Source: Trueperaceae bacterium
GTDB lineage: Bacteria > Deinococcota > Deinococci > Deinococcales > Trueperaceae
NCBI GenBank assembly: GCA_034520945.1
Contig: JAXHNB010000010.1
Coordinates: forward strand, 160,001-224,000
Direction of reading: 5' to 3'
Length of the DNA: 64,000 nt
Shown here piece by piece: positions 29,240-37,922 of the stretch. Below the pieces are notes generated by a model that did not search any database, had not been told where the DNA came from, and worked only from the letters and a program-made list of their open reading frames with translations. A program made the translations under genes and the position numbers. Every line of letters begins with the position of its first letter. Positions within the stretch are counted from its first letter, which is position 1.

Positions 29240-29898
29240 CGCGTGAGGAGTCCCAACGAGGCGGAGGTTTGCGCCAAGCCGACCGCGGCCTGTGTCGGGT
29301 CGACGACCGGCACCCCGAGTTCGGCCTCCAGCGGCGCGCGGTACTGCGCCATGCCTGCACACCCCAGGACCAGCACGTCCGCACCGCATGCCTCGAGCAA
29401 CTCACGACCGACGGCCAGCATGCGATCGCCCATCGCACTCTCGTCGGCAAGCTCCGCCACGCTGGCGCCGACCGCATGGTCGCCGACCACGCCCTCGGAC
29501 ACGCCCATGGCGCGGTAGGCACGCCAGTGCCGCGGGATGGAGCCGGGAAGGATGGAGATCACGCCGACACGGCTTCCCAGCGCCATCGCCGTGAGGACGC
29601 CGCTCTGGGCAATGCCGAGTACCGGCTTCGCCGTGACCTCGCGGGCAGCGTGCAAGCCGGGGTCGGAAAAGCAGGCGATCACGAACGCGTCGTACCGGTC
29701 GCTCTCCGCCGCGATGCGCTCCGCCAAGGGCCCCGCCACGGCGTCGACGTCGCGTTGCGACTCGATGCCGTACGGGGTGCCTTCCAGGCCGACCACCTCG
29801 ATGGGCCGAGCCGGGCCCGCAAGGCCCTGCACCGCTGTACGAATGCCGTCGGTGACGTCCGTATTGGCGTTCGGGTTGATCACGAGCACATGGGGCAC
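29236..29898 (-). CDS. Hydantoin/allantoin racemase (Asp/Glu racemase family)
   Basis: VINPN, IACFSDPG, LGCAGM (two catalytic Cys), PVVDPT. Confidence 0.9.
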   Translation of the reverse strand: MPHVLVINPNANTDVTDGIRTAVQGLAGPARPIEVVGLEGTPYGIESQRDVDAVAGPLAERIAAESDRYDAFVIACFSDPGLHAAREVTAKPVLGIAQSGVLTAMALGSRVGVISILPGSIPRHWRAYRAMGVSEGVVGDHAVGASVAELADESAMGDRMLAVGRELLEACGADVLVLGCAGMAQYRAPLEAELGVPVVDPTQAAVGLAQTSASLGLLTR

Positions 29899-29899
29899 G

Positions 29900-30805
29900 T
29901 CACACCACCTGGGGTTCCGGTTGGAGCCGCAGACCGACGCGGTGGACGATCGCTTCCAGCTCCGCTTCGGTGCGGGCGTCCAGCGTCATGCCGGGCTTGC
30001 GAACGTGGGTGGTATCGATGATGCCGCGGCGCCGGTAGATGTGTTTGCGGAAGGCCAGTCCGATCTTCGGTTGGAACTCGTAGCGGATCAGCGGGCAGTA
30101 GCGATCGAACAGCTCCGTGGCCCGCGCTTCGTCGCCGCCGGCGAAGGCGCGATGAATGCCGACCAGCACTTCGGGGAATGCGAAGCCCGTCATGATGCCC
30201 TTCGCACCGCGCTGCAGCTCCTCGAGGAAGTACTCGCCGCCGAGGCCCCCGAACACGTCGATGGTGCCGGGCGCGAGTTCGAGGATCCGGCTCAGCTTCT
30301 GGAGAACGGGCGGGTCCTCCAGCTTGATCGCCTGGACGCCCTCCACCTCGTTGCCGAGCCGGGCGACCAGTTCGGCCGACAGCATCGTGCCGAACGAGGC
30401 GGGAAAGTCGTGGATGATGACGGGCACCTGAAGCGCGCCGGCCACGTCTTGATAGAAGTCGAACAACACGTCGTCGTTCTGCACGCCGATCGGCGCGACG
30501 AACACGGCGTCGGCGCCGAGTTCCTGGGCGGCCTTGCCCTGTTCGATGGCGCCGGCCGTGCCGAACGCGCGCACGCCTACCCAAACGTCGATGCGGCGGT
30601 CGGCCTGCTCGACTACGGTCCGCACCACCGCGCGGCGTTCGTCCTCGGCCAGTTTGTGCGCCTCGCCGAGGAAGCCGAGAATGGCGACGCCCTGGACGCC
30701 GGCGGCGACCTGAAAGTCGATCAGGCGGCGTAGGCTGGCCTCGTCGATGCGGCCATGGGCATCGAAGGGTGTGGGGAGAATGGGGTAGACACCTTGTGCG
30801 TTCAT
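29900..30805 (-). CDS. DHDPS/NAL-family class I aldolase or lyase (non-canonical)
   Basis: TPFD...ID; GFLGEAHKL; AIKLEDPP; GGLGG; GIMTG. Confidence 0.85.
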   Translation of the reverse strand: MNAQGVYPILPTPFDAHGRIDEASLRRLIDFQVAAGVQGVAILGFLGEAHKLAEDERRAVVRTVVEQADRRIDVWVGVRAFGTAGAIEQGKAAQELGADAVFVAPIGVQNDDVLFDFYQDVAGALQVPVIIHDFPASFGTMLSAELVARLGNEVEGVQAIKLEDPPVLQKLSRILELAPGTIDVFGGLGGEYFLEELQRGAKGIMTGFAFPEVLVGIHRAFAGGDEARATELFDRYCPLIRYEFQPKIGLAFRKHIYRRRGIIDTTHVRKPGMTLDARTEAELEAIVHRVGLRLQPEPQVV

Positions 30806-30827
30806 GGGGTTCCTCCGGTAGGGGTCA

Positions 30828-31493
30828 TCAATGTGCCACCTTGCGTTCGAGTCGCGACAGGATCCGCACGAACGGCCACAGGAGCAAGAAGTACACCAGG
30901 GCCGCGACCATCAGCGGCGTGGGGTTGTAGACCAGGCCTTGCGCGAGGCGTGCGGTGCGAAGCAGTTCCGGCAACGCGACCACGGATGCGATCGAGGTGG
31001 CCTTGATCAGTTCCAGGGTGTTGGTCGCCAACGGCGGCAGCACGCTACGGATCGCCTGGGGGAGGATGACGAACAGTAGCGTCTGCGGCATGGCGAGCCC
31101 CGTGGAGCGTGCCGCCTCCCATTGGCCGCGGCCGATCGACTCGATCCCGGCGCGGAAGATCTCGCCGTAGTAACTCGAGCCGTTCAGGACCAGTGCAACC
31201 ACGACGGCCAGGAAACTGATCAGTTCGAGTCCCAGGAACGGCAACCCGAAGTAGATCAGGATCAGGAGCACCAGCGGCGGAAACGCCCGCAGCAGATCCA
31301 CGTACACGATCAGCAGCGGGTTTACGAAACGGAAGTGGAACGCGTACAGCGTCGCAATGCCCAATCCCAGCAACGTAGCTGCAGGCACGACGACGGCCAC
31401 CAGCTGGAGCGTCACCCACAGGCCACGCAATAGCAGCGGGTAGGTCTCCAGAAAGACCGGCACGTTGAAAAAGTTCTCTAGGATGGCTTCCAT
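30828..31493 (-). CDS. Polar amino acid ABC permease
   Basis: GEIFRAGIESIGRGQWEAARSTGL, ILPQAIR. Confidence 0.93.
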   Translation of the reverse strand: MEAILENFFNVPVFLETYPLLLRGLWVTLQLVAVVVPAATLLGLGIATLYAFHFRFVNPLLIVYVDLLRAFPPLVLLILIYFGLPFLGLELISFLAVVVALVLNGSSYYGEIFRAGIESIGRGQWEAARSTGLAMPQTLLFVILPQAIRSVLPPLATNTLELIKATSIASVVALPELLRTARLAQGLVYNPTPLMVAALVYFLLLWPFVRILSRLERKVAH

Positions 31494-31503
31494 TCACTCC
31501 CCC

Positions 31504-32172
31504 TCAGCGACGCCCGTAGCGATGTTCCACCCAACGGCTGAAGCGCACGAAGGGGGCGAAGAGAACCAGATACAGAATCGCTCCCAGCATCAGCGGCGAG
31601 GGATTGGCGGCGGCGGACTGTGCACTGGTGGCGCGGTTGAGGATCTCTTGGACCGCGATCACCGTAGCGAGCGAGGTCCCTTTGGTGATGGCAATGGTGC
31701 GGTTGGTGAGCGGTGGGATGCCGAGACGAATGGCCTGTGGCAGGACCACGTGGCGCAGGGTTTGGATATAGGTCAGACCCGTGGAGCGGGCCGCCTCCCA
31801 GTGGCCACGAGCCACGGAGGTGATGCCCGCCCAGAAGATCTCTTCGGCAAACGCCATCAGCACGAGGGTCAGGCTCACGGTGGCCGACACGAACGACGAC
31901 ATCGTCAGCCCGGCATAGGGCAGCGCGAAGAAGACGAACACCATGATGACCAGGGGCGGAACGGCACGGAAGAGGTCCACGAAGAATATCAGGAGCCAGT
32001 TCAAGGGCCGCACGCGCAACGCGCGGACGACCGCCAACGCCAGGCCGCCGCTGATGCCGAACGTCACCACGAGCACGGCCATGGCCACCGTGACACCGAA
32101 CCCGCCCAGCAGGTCGGGCAGGTAGCGCTGCATGACCTCCAGATTGAAATAGTAGTAGAGGATCTCGCTCAT
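31504..32172 (-). CDS. Polar amino acid ABC permease
   Basis: EIFWAGITSVARGHWEAARSTGL, VLPQAIR, KGTSL. Confidence 0.93.
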   Translation of the reverse strand: MSEILYYYFNLEVMQRYLPDLLGGFGVTVAMAVLVVTFGISGGLALAVVRALRVRPLNWLLIFFVDLFRAVPPLVIMVFVFFALPYAGLTMSSFVSATVSLTLVLMAFAEEIFWAGITSVARGHWEAARSTGLTYIQTLRHVVLPQAIRLGIPPLTNRTIAITKGTSLATVIAVQEILNRATSAQSAAANPSPLMLGAILYLVLFAPFVRFSRWVEHRYGRR

Positions 32173-32176
32173 CGAC

Positions 32177-32917
32177 TCAGGCGTGCAGCAGTCGCTTCAG
32201 AAAGGTGTTGGTGCGCTCGTGCTCGGGGGCGGTGAAGATCCGCTCGGGCGGCCCCTCCTCCAGCACGCGGCCCTTGTCCATGAACATGACGCGGTCGGCC
32301 GCCTCGCGAGCGAATCCCATCTCGTGACTGACGACGATCATGGTCATGCCGCGTTCCCGAAGGCGTTTCATGACCTCGAGCACCTCGCCGACCAACTCCG
32401 GATCGAGCGATGAGGTGGGCTCGTCGAACAGCACCATCTTGGGTTCCAGCGCCAAGGCGCGGGCGATGCCGACGCGCTGCTGCTGCCCGCCAGAGAGCCG
32501 TTCGGGATGGACGTCGACCTTGTCCGCCAGGCCGACCTCGTCGAGGGCGGCGCGGCCACGCTGCTCCGCCTCGGTTCGCGACAACCGCAGCACCTTTCGC
32601 AATGCCAGCGTGACGTTGCCGAGGGCGGTCATGTGGGGGTAGAGATTGAACTGCTGGAACACCATGCCGATCTCGCGGCGGACGTGGTTGATGTTGACGT
32701 CCTTGTCGGTGATGTTGCGGCCCTCGATGCGTACTTCACCGGCGGTGGGCTCCTCGAGCCGATTGATGCAGCGCAGCAGCGTGCTCTTGCCCGACCCGGA
32801 CGGTCCGATGATGCACACGACGTCGCTGGTGTCCACCCGGAAGTCGATGCCCTCGAGCACCTTGAGATCGCCGAAGGACTTGTGCAACTGGCGAATGTCG
32901 AGCATCGGTTCGCTCAC
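32177..32917 (-). CDS. Polar amino acid ABC ATPase (GlnQ-like)
   Basis: [35 protein letters not shown]. Confidence 0.96.
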   Translation of the reverse strand: MSEPMLDIRQLHKSFGDLKVLEGIDFRVDTSDVVCIIGPSGSGKSTLLRCINRLEEPTAGEVRIEGRNITDKDVNINHVRREIGMVFQQFNLYPHMTALGNVTLALRKVLRLSRTEAEQRGRAALDEVGLADKVDVHPERLSGGQQQRVGIARALALEPKMVLFDEPTSSLDPELVGEVLEVMKRLRERGMTMIVVSHEMGFAREAADRVMFMDKGRVLEEGPPERIFTAPEHERTNTFLKRLLHA

Positions 32918-32938
32918 GCGACCCCCTCCTTACCCATG

Positions 32939-32968
32939 CGTGCGCTCCGGCCGGAACCGGAGCGCACG
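32939..32968 (-). terminator. Perfect 12-bp hairpin after the SBP gene
   Basis: CGTGCGCTCCGG-CCGGAA-CCGGAGCGCACG. Confidence 0.55.
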
Positions 32969-32980
32969 ACGCCGGGTGCG

Positions 32981-33841
32981 TCAGTCGTTGCCGGGCTGGT
33001 GCGGCTCGAAGGCGTACCCCTCGAAGCCGGGGTGGCCGTAGCCGACCCAAACCTTGCTCATCGCGCTGTCGGGCCCAGGCGTGTCGCCGAACCACTCCTC
33101 GTGGATGGAGGCGAACGTGCCGTCGAGCTTCATCGCTTCCACGATCCGCTCGACGCGGTTGCGGAACTCTACGTCGGCAGGCCGGAAGGGAAAGCCGAAG
33201 TTGTTGCCGGTGTAGACAATGAAGTCCACTTTGACCCGGTCGTTCTGCGTGGCGGCGTACTGCGAGGCCGGCAGATCGGCGATGTTGGCGACGGCCCGGT
33301 TGGTGAGCACCGCCTGGATCGCGTCGGCGTTCTTGTCGAAACGCTGGACGTCGAACCCGTACTCGTCGGCGTTGGCCGTGGCCCAATCATCGGAGACGCT
33401 GCCGTTGTTGACGGACACCGTTTCACCGTCGAGGTCGCTGAGGTCGTCCAGACTCTCGTCCGCGCGGATGGTGAACCCCAGCCCCGTCTGCATGTAGCCC
33501 TCGGTGAAGAGCATTTCGGCAGAGCGTTCCTCCGTGATGTTGGTCGGCGCGATGATGAACTCGAAGCGCTCGGAGTAGAGGCCCGAGAAGATCGCCGAGA
33601 AGTTCACGTCGACCACCTCGACGCCGGGACGACCGAGGCGGGAGGCGATCTCCTCGCCCACGTCGACGGAGAAGCCGACGGTCGAGCCGTCCGCTTGGGT
33701 CATGGCGAACGGCGCGAAGCCGACGTCGGCGGCGACGCGCAAGGGCGCGTCTGCGTCGTGGGTGTCCGGTTGCGCCAGGGCGGCGCCGGCGGCCAGCATC
33801 AGCGCGGTAGCAAGTACGAGGGTTCGCAGGGTCATGGTCAT
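32981..33841 (-). CDS. Polar amino acid ABC substrate-binding protein
   Basis: Signal peptide; FAPF, GFSVD, ITEERS, MKLDGTFASIHEEWFG. Confidence 0.92.
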   Translation of the reverse strand: MTMTLRTLVLATALMLAAGAALAQPDTHDADAPLRVAADVGFAPFAMTQADGSTVGFSVDVGEEIASRLGRPGVEVVDVNFSAIFSGLYSERFEFIIAPTNITEERSAEMLFTEGYMQTGLGFTIRADESLDDLSDLDGETVSVNNGSVSDDWATANADEYGFDVQRFDKNADAIQAVLTNRAVANIADLPASQYAATQNDRVKVDFIVYTGNNFGFPFRPADVEFRNRVERIVEAMKLDGTFASIHEEWFGDTPGPDSAMSKVWVGYGHPGFEGYAFEPHQPGND

Positions 33842-33912
33842 GGGTGTCTCCTCCGAGAACGTGCGCTTGGGCGACTTGGTATGGGAACGAGCGGCGGCGG
33901 GCGGACGGATGG

Positions 33913-35283
33913 TCAGGGGCGTACGAAGCGACCGGAGCCCGGCGCCCCCACGACCTCGTCGTCGCGGAACACATCTGCGCCACGCACCAGGGTGCGGACG
34001 ACCTTGCCGGTCACGTCGGTGCCGTCGAACGGGCTCCATCGGGCGATGGACTCGGTGCGGGCGGCGTCGAAACGCCACCTCGCCGTCGGGTCTAGCACAC
34101 ATACATCGGCATCACCTCCTGGGATCAGGGCCCCCTTGCGGGGGTAGAGGCCGAACCGTTCGGCCGGGTTGGTGGCGATCAACTCGGCGAAGCGAACCAC
34201 GTCCAGGTCGCGACCCGCCACCGCCTCGCTGTACAACAGCGGGAGCAGCGTCTCCACTCCGGGCAGCCCCGAGGCGTTGTCGAAGATGACGGGCTTCGTC
34301 TTGACCGAGGCGGGCCAGGGGGCGTGGTCCGAGGTCACGAACGCGATCTGGCCCGCCTCGAGGCGGCCCCAAAGGTCGTCGCGCATCTCGGCGGGACGCA
34401 ACGGCGGGTTCATCTTGCCGAAGCCACCGAGGCTGTCCATCTGTTCCTGGGCGAGGATCAGGTAGTGCAGGCAGGTCTCGGCGGTGACGTCGACGCCTGC
34501 GTCTTGGTAGGCGCCGATCAAGTCGTAGACGAACGGCACCGTGAGGTGGACCACGTGGAGCCGCACGGGGTGGGCCCGCGCCAACTCGAGCAGCTTGGCC
34601 ACCGCGGTGCCTTCCGACTCGGGCGGACGGCTCCAACAGTGCGCCTCGGGGTTCACGGTGCCCGCCTCTCGGTATGCCTTCACGAGGGGATCGATGATCG
34701 CGCCGTTTTCGGCGTGGAAGGCGACCAACGAGCCCGTCTCGGCGATCTCAGGAAAGATGCGGACCAGTTCGCTGTCGGGAATCTCGGGGAAGCGGTTCGG
34801 GTCGGTCTCGTAGGTCGAGAGCTTGAAGGCGCACGCACCCGCCTGCGCCAACGAGGCCACGGAGGGCGCCCCCCCGAACTTCGTCAGGGTGGCGTACAAG
34901 CCCACGTCGACGACCGCCTCGCGCCCCACGACCTCGACCTTGGCCTGGAACCGCTCCGTATCGGTGATGGCGTCGGGACGATCGTAGGGCATGTCCAGCA
35001 CGGTGGTCAGACCACCCCGGGCCGCCCCCCTGGTGAGGCGCTCGAGCCCCTCCTGTTGCTCGCTTCCGCTGTACGCGTGCACGTGCGTGTCGATGCCGCC
35101 AGGAAGGACGAGCTTGCCTTGGTAGTCGAGCGTCTCGAGAGCCTCCGGCGCACCCCCGGAAGGGTGTATGCCCACGATGCGTCCCCCGTCGATGGACAGG
35201 GCACCGTTCCGTTCGACGCCGTGGGGCAGGACGAGGTCACCGATGATCACGCGGTCAACTGGCACGATTCCACTCCCATTCAT
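33913..35283 (-). CDS. Cyclic amidohydrolase (allantoinase/hydantoinase-like)
   Basis: PGGIDTHVH, GGLTTVLDMP, AFKL, HAEN, VVHLT, AETCLHY, KMNPPLR, SDHAPW, NPAERFGL. Alternative GTG at 35265 with GGGAG RBS. Confidence 0.9.
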   Translation of the reverse strand: MNGSGIVPVDRVIIGDLVLPHGVERNGALSIDGGRIVGIHPSGGAPEALETLDYQGKLVLPGGIDTHVHAYSGSEQQEGLERLTRGAARGGLTTVLDMPYDRPDAITDTERFQAKVEVVGREAVVDVGLYATLTKFGGAPSVASLAQAGACAFKLSTYETDPNRFPEIPDSELVRIFPEIAETGSLVAFHAENGAIIDPLVKAYREAGTVNPEAHCWSRPPESEGTAVAKLLELARAHPVRLHVVHLTVPFVYDLIGAYQDAGVDVTAETCLHYLILAQEQMDSLGGFGKMNPPLRPAEMRDDLWGRLEAGQIAFVTSDHAPWPASVKTKPVIFDNASGLPGVETLLPLLYSEAVAGRDLDVVRFAELIATNPAERFGLYPRKGALIPGGDADVCVLDPTARWRFDAARTESIARWSPFDGTDVTGKVVRTLVRGADVFRDDEVVGAPGSGRFVRP

Positions 35284-36031
35284 GCAGGTACGACATCCGG
35301 TTGGCGGCGGCCGTGGTGAGGCGTACGATGCGGTCTTCCTGGCCTTGGACGCGAAACACGGGCGCGATGGTGCTGACCGCGCCGATCAGCGAACCGTCGG
35401 CCCGCAGCACCGGGGCGCCCACGGTCCACACGCCCGCGTCGATCTCGCCTTGGCTGATGGCGTGACCGGCTTGGCGGATGGCGGGGATTTCGTTGCGTAG
35501 GCGCGACTTTCCAGCCTCGTCCAGGTCCGTGGCTTCGTCGATGAGGTGCGCGACGCGATCCTCGGGCAGCCAGGGCAGCATGGCCTTGGCGGAAGCGCCA
35601 CGTAGCAACGGCTTGACGGCGCCCTTCGAGAAGGTGTAGCGCAGCGGATAGGCACTCTCGACCGTCGCGACGCACACTGCCGCGTCCTCGAGGGGAAGCA
35701 GGAAGGCCACGGTCTCCCCTGATTCGGCGGCCAGCTCGTTCATGGCGGCGTGATGTGGATTGGCGTGCTCGAAGGCGCGCTGGAAGGCCGCCTCGAGCTG
35801 GACGGTGCGCGGCCCTACGGCGTAGCGCCCGCCGGACAGTTCTTGCACCACGCCGTGCGCCTTGAGGCTTGCCAGGTAGCGATAGGTGGTGCTGATCGGT
35901 TGTCGCAGGACCCGGGCGAGCGCCTCCACCCGCTGCGGCGGCGACTCCGCCAGGGCGACGAGCAGCCGAAGCAGGCGGTCCACTGTGTTCAGGCGTTGTG
36001 AGGGCATCGTGCTACGGGTCGGCCTCTCCAT
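35255..36031 (-). CDS. IclR-family transcriptional regulator
   Basis: HTH STTYRYLASL, SGETV, GASAKAML, IRQAGHAIS.GE, VGAPV. Confidence 0.92.
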   Translation of the reverse strand: MERPTRSTMPSQRLNTVDRLLRLLVALAESPPQRVEALARVLRQPISTTYRYLASLKAHGVVQELSGGRYAVGPRTVQLEAAFQRAFEHANPHHAAMNELAAESGETVAFLLPLEDAAVCVATVESAYPLRYTFSKGAVKPLLRGASAKAMLPWLPEDRVAHLIDEATDLDEAGKSRLRNEIPAIRQAGHAISQGEIDAGVWTVGAPVLRADGSLIGAVSTIAPVFRVQGQEDRIVRLTTAAANRMSYLHEWEWNRAS

Positions 36032-36130
36032 GGGAGCGTCGCGAACGGGACGTCGCCGCCTCGGCGGCGCGAAAGTTTATGCGGTCGATGGCGACGGTAG
36101 CAGCAGGTGCAGGCGATGCGCAACGCTTGT

Positions 36131-36147
36131 TTCTCACTTAGTGAGAA
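36131..36147. promoter_or_regulatory. Palindromic operator, probably bound by the IclR
   Basis: TTCTCACT-T-AGTGAGAA about 100 bp upstream of iclR. Confidence 0.65.
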
Positions 36148-36216
36148 TCGTGCTACCTCTTGCAACGACGGACCGGCGTGATACTAGTCGATTGGGTCGG
36201 TAGCGTTCTCGTACTG

Positions 36217-36831
36217 TCAGAACTGTTCCGGGGTGAGCCGGGACATGCGAAATCGGTCCGTGGTGCGAACGTACCAATCGCCTTCCATGCGACCGATGAG
36301 GCCAAGCCCCTCGGTGCGCACCCGCCGGGCGTCCGCGTCCCAATAAGCGTCGTCGAGGTGTAGCGCGACGATCGTGCCGATCACCAAGGTACGCCCCCGA
36401 CCCACTCCGATGCTCATCGCCTCCAAGCATTCCAGGCGCACGGGAGAGGCATGCACCAACGGCGTGTCGATCTTGTCCGCCGCGACAGGCTCGAGCCCGG
36501 CCTGGACCAGCTCGCTCGTGCCGGCCGGGAACGGCACCGCGCAGACGTTCATGCGCGCCGCCATCGGCTCGTTCACGAGTCCGACCCCGAATTCACGCCG
36601 TCGCCGTACGTTTCGGGGGGTATCTTTGCTTCCTCCATCGGACGCGCCCTCGATGCCCAGCACCAGCGTGGGCGGATCGTGGCCCATGACGTTGAAGAAC
36701 GAGAACGGCGCGGCATTCACCGTGCCGTCCTCGTCAAGGGTCGTGACGAGGGCGATCGGTCGCGGCACCACCGTGCTTACGAGCAGGCGGTAGCTCTCCG
36801 CGAAGTCGAGGGCCTCGAGATCGAAGGTCAT
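36217..36831 (-). CDS. Flavin reductase-like FMN-binding protein
   Basis: VVPRPIALVTT, NAAPFSFFN, KDTPRN, RLEC, IGRMEG. Confidence 0.9.
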   Translation of the reverse strand: MTFDLEALDFAESYRLLVSTVVPRPIALVTTLDEDGTVNAAPFSFFNVMGHDPPTLVLGIEGASDGGSKDTPRNVRRRREFGVGLVNEPMAARMNVCAVPFPAGTSELVQAGLEPVAADKIDTPLVHASPVRLECLEAMSIGVGRGRTLVIGTIVALHLDDAYWDADARRVRTEGLGLIGRMEGDWYVRTTDRFRMSRLTPEQF

Positions 36832-36977
36832 GGCTTGGAGGCAGACGATACCGCACGTCGTTGCGCGGTCGTCACGACGTCACGATGACGTCACGAACGC
36901 GCCGGCCACACCAGGCGCGACGGTCGACCCCGACCGCGCCCGCTGGCCAGGCGAGCCGACCTGTCCGAACCCGTGGG

Positions 36978-37226
36978 TCATTCGGGGGGTCGGTCTTGCG
37001 CCTGTTGACGAAGCGCCCGCGCTCTCGCGACCTCGGCCTGCTGCCGGGCGCGGCCGGCCTCGGCGACGGACGGGTACTTGTGCACACCGGCGGCAAACAA
37101 CGGTTGCTGCCCTCCTGCGCCGAAGCGCACGAGCTCGGCCATGCGCCGAAGCGCCTTCGACGGGTCATCGAGCCGCAGCGGTGCCGGCGCCATCTCCTCG
37201 ATCGATGCGTACTTCTCGACCGGCAT
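36978..37226 (-). CDS. Small hypothetical protein, partner of the nucleotidyltransferase
   Basis: RBS GAAGGAGG lies inside the NTase 3' end; ATG 2 nt after the NTase stop; internal repeat VEKYASIEE / VHKYPSVAE. Confidence 0.7.
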   Translation of the reverse strand: MPVEKYASIEEMAPAPLRLDDPSKALRRMAELVRFGAGGQQPLFAAGVHKYPSVAEAGRARQQAEVARARALRQQAQDRPPE

Positions 37227-37228
37227 GA

Positions 37229-37717
37229 TCAGCCTCCTTCGCCGGAACCGTCGCTCGGGAGTGCGAACGCGGCGGAGAGTCGGGTCGCATCGTCCTGATC
37301 ACGCAACCGCGTGGTATTCCGCTTCATGGCGTGCAGCGTAGCCGGCGTCGCGACCCGAACAGGGGTGCGCCCGACGTGCCGCACCTCGAAGGCGAGGTCG
37401 TCGTAGCCGAACGCGGTCCCGAGGCGAGCAAGGATGTCAATGATGAGCGAACCGTCCGGGGCGACATAGCGGATGATCGGGTACGAACCCGCGAGGTCGT
37501 CGACACCGATCTCGTCGATCGAAGGGTCGTCGATCACGTCGTGCAGGGCGTTCCGAAGTTTCGCCACGTTGTCGGGCGTCGTCCGCACGAACACATCGAC
37601 GTCCTCGGTGGCACGAACGAGCCCCCACACGTTCATCGCCACCCCGCCGACCAGGACGTAGTCCACGTGGTGACGGGCCAACGCCTCGAAGAAGGCCAGC
37701 AGGCGGTCTTCGTCCAT
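37229..37717 (-). CDS. Nucleotidyltransferase (DNA pol beta superfamily; DUF6036/AbiEii-like)
   Basis: YVLVGGVA, RATEDVD (DxD), IDIL, LHAMK...RLRDQDD. Confidence 0.8.
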   Translation of the reverse strand: MDEDRLLAFFEALARHHVDYVLVGGVAMNVWGLVRATEDVDVFVRTTPDNVAKLRNALHDVIDDPSIDEIGVDDLAGSYPIIRYVAPDGSLIIDILARLGTAFGYDDLAFEVRHVGRTPVRVATPATLHAMKRNTTRLRDQDDATRLSAAFALPSDGSGEGG

Positions 37718-37922
37718 CTGGGGGCATCATGGCACGGAGGCCCGCCGCGTCCGCCCGCAGAATGGACGTCGGCCGGAGAGCACGCGGAGGCGGCGCGACG
37801 TCCGGGGCGTATGCTGGCCACATGTCGATACCGTTCACCAGGGATGCGTTTCGTCCTGGACGCATCGGGTGGTCCGTACCCCCGGATCGGTTCCAAACGG
37901 GCGCACGTGAGCCGCGAACGCC

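Noticed and set aside
29900..30805. dapA (lysine biosynthesis)
   Set aside because: It lacks GTTGE and the catalytic Tyr motif, and the context is catabolic.
37229..37717. CBASS/CD-NTase cyclase
   Set aside because: Too short (162 aa), and there are no Cap effector or ancillary genes.
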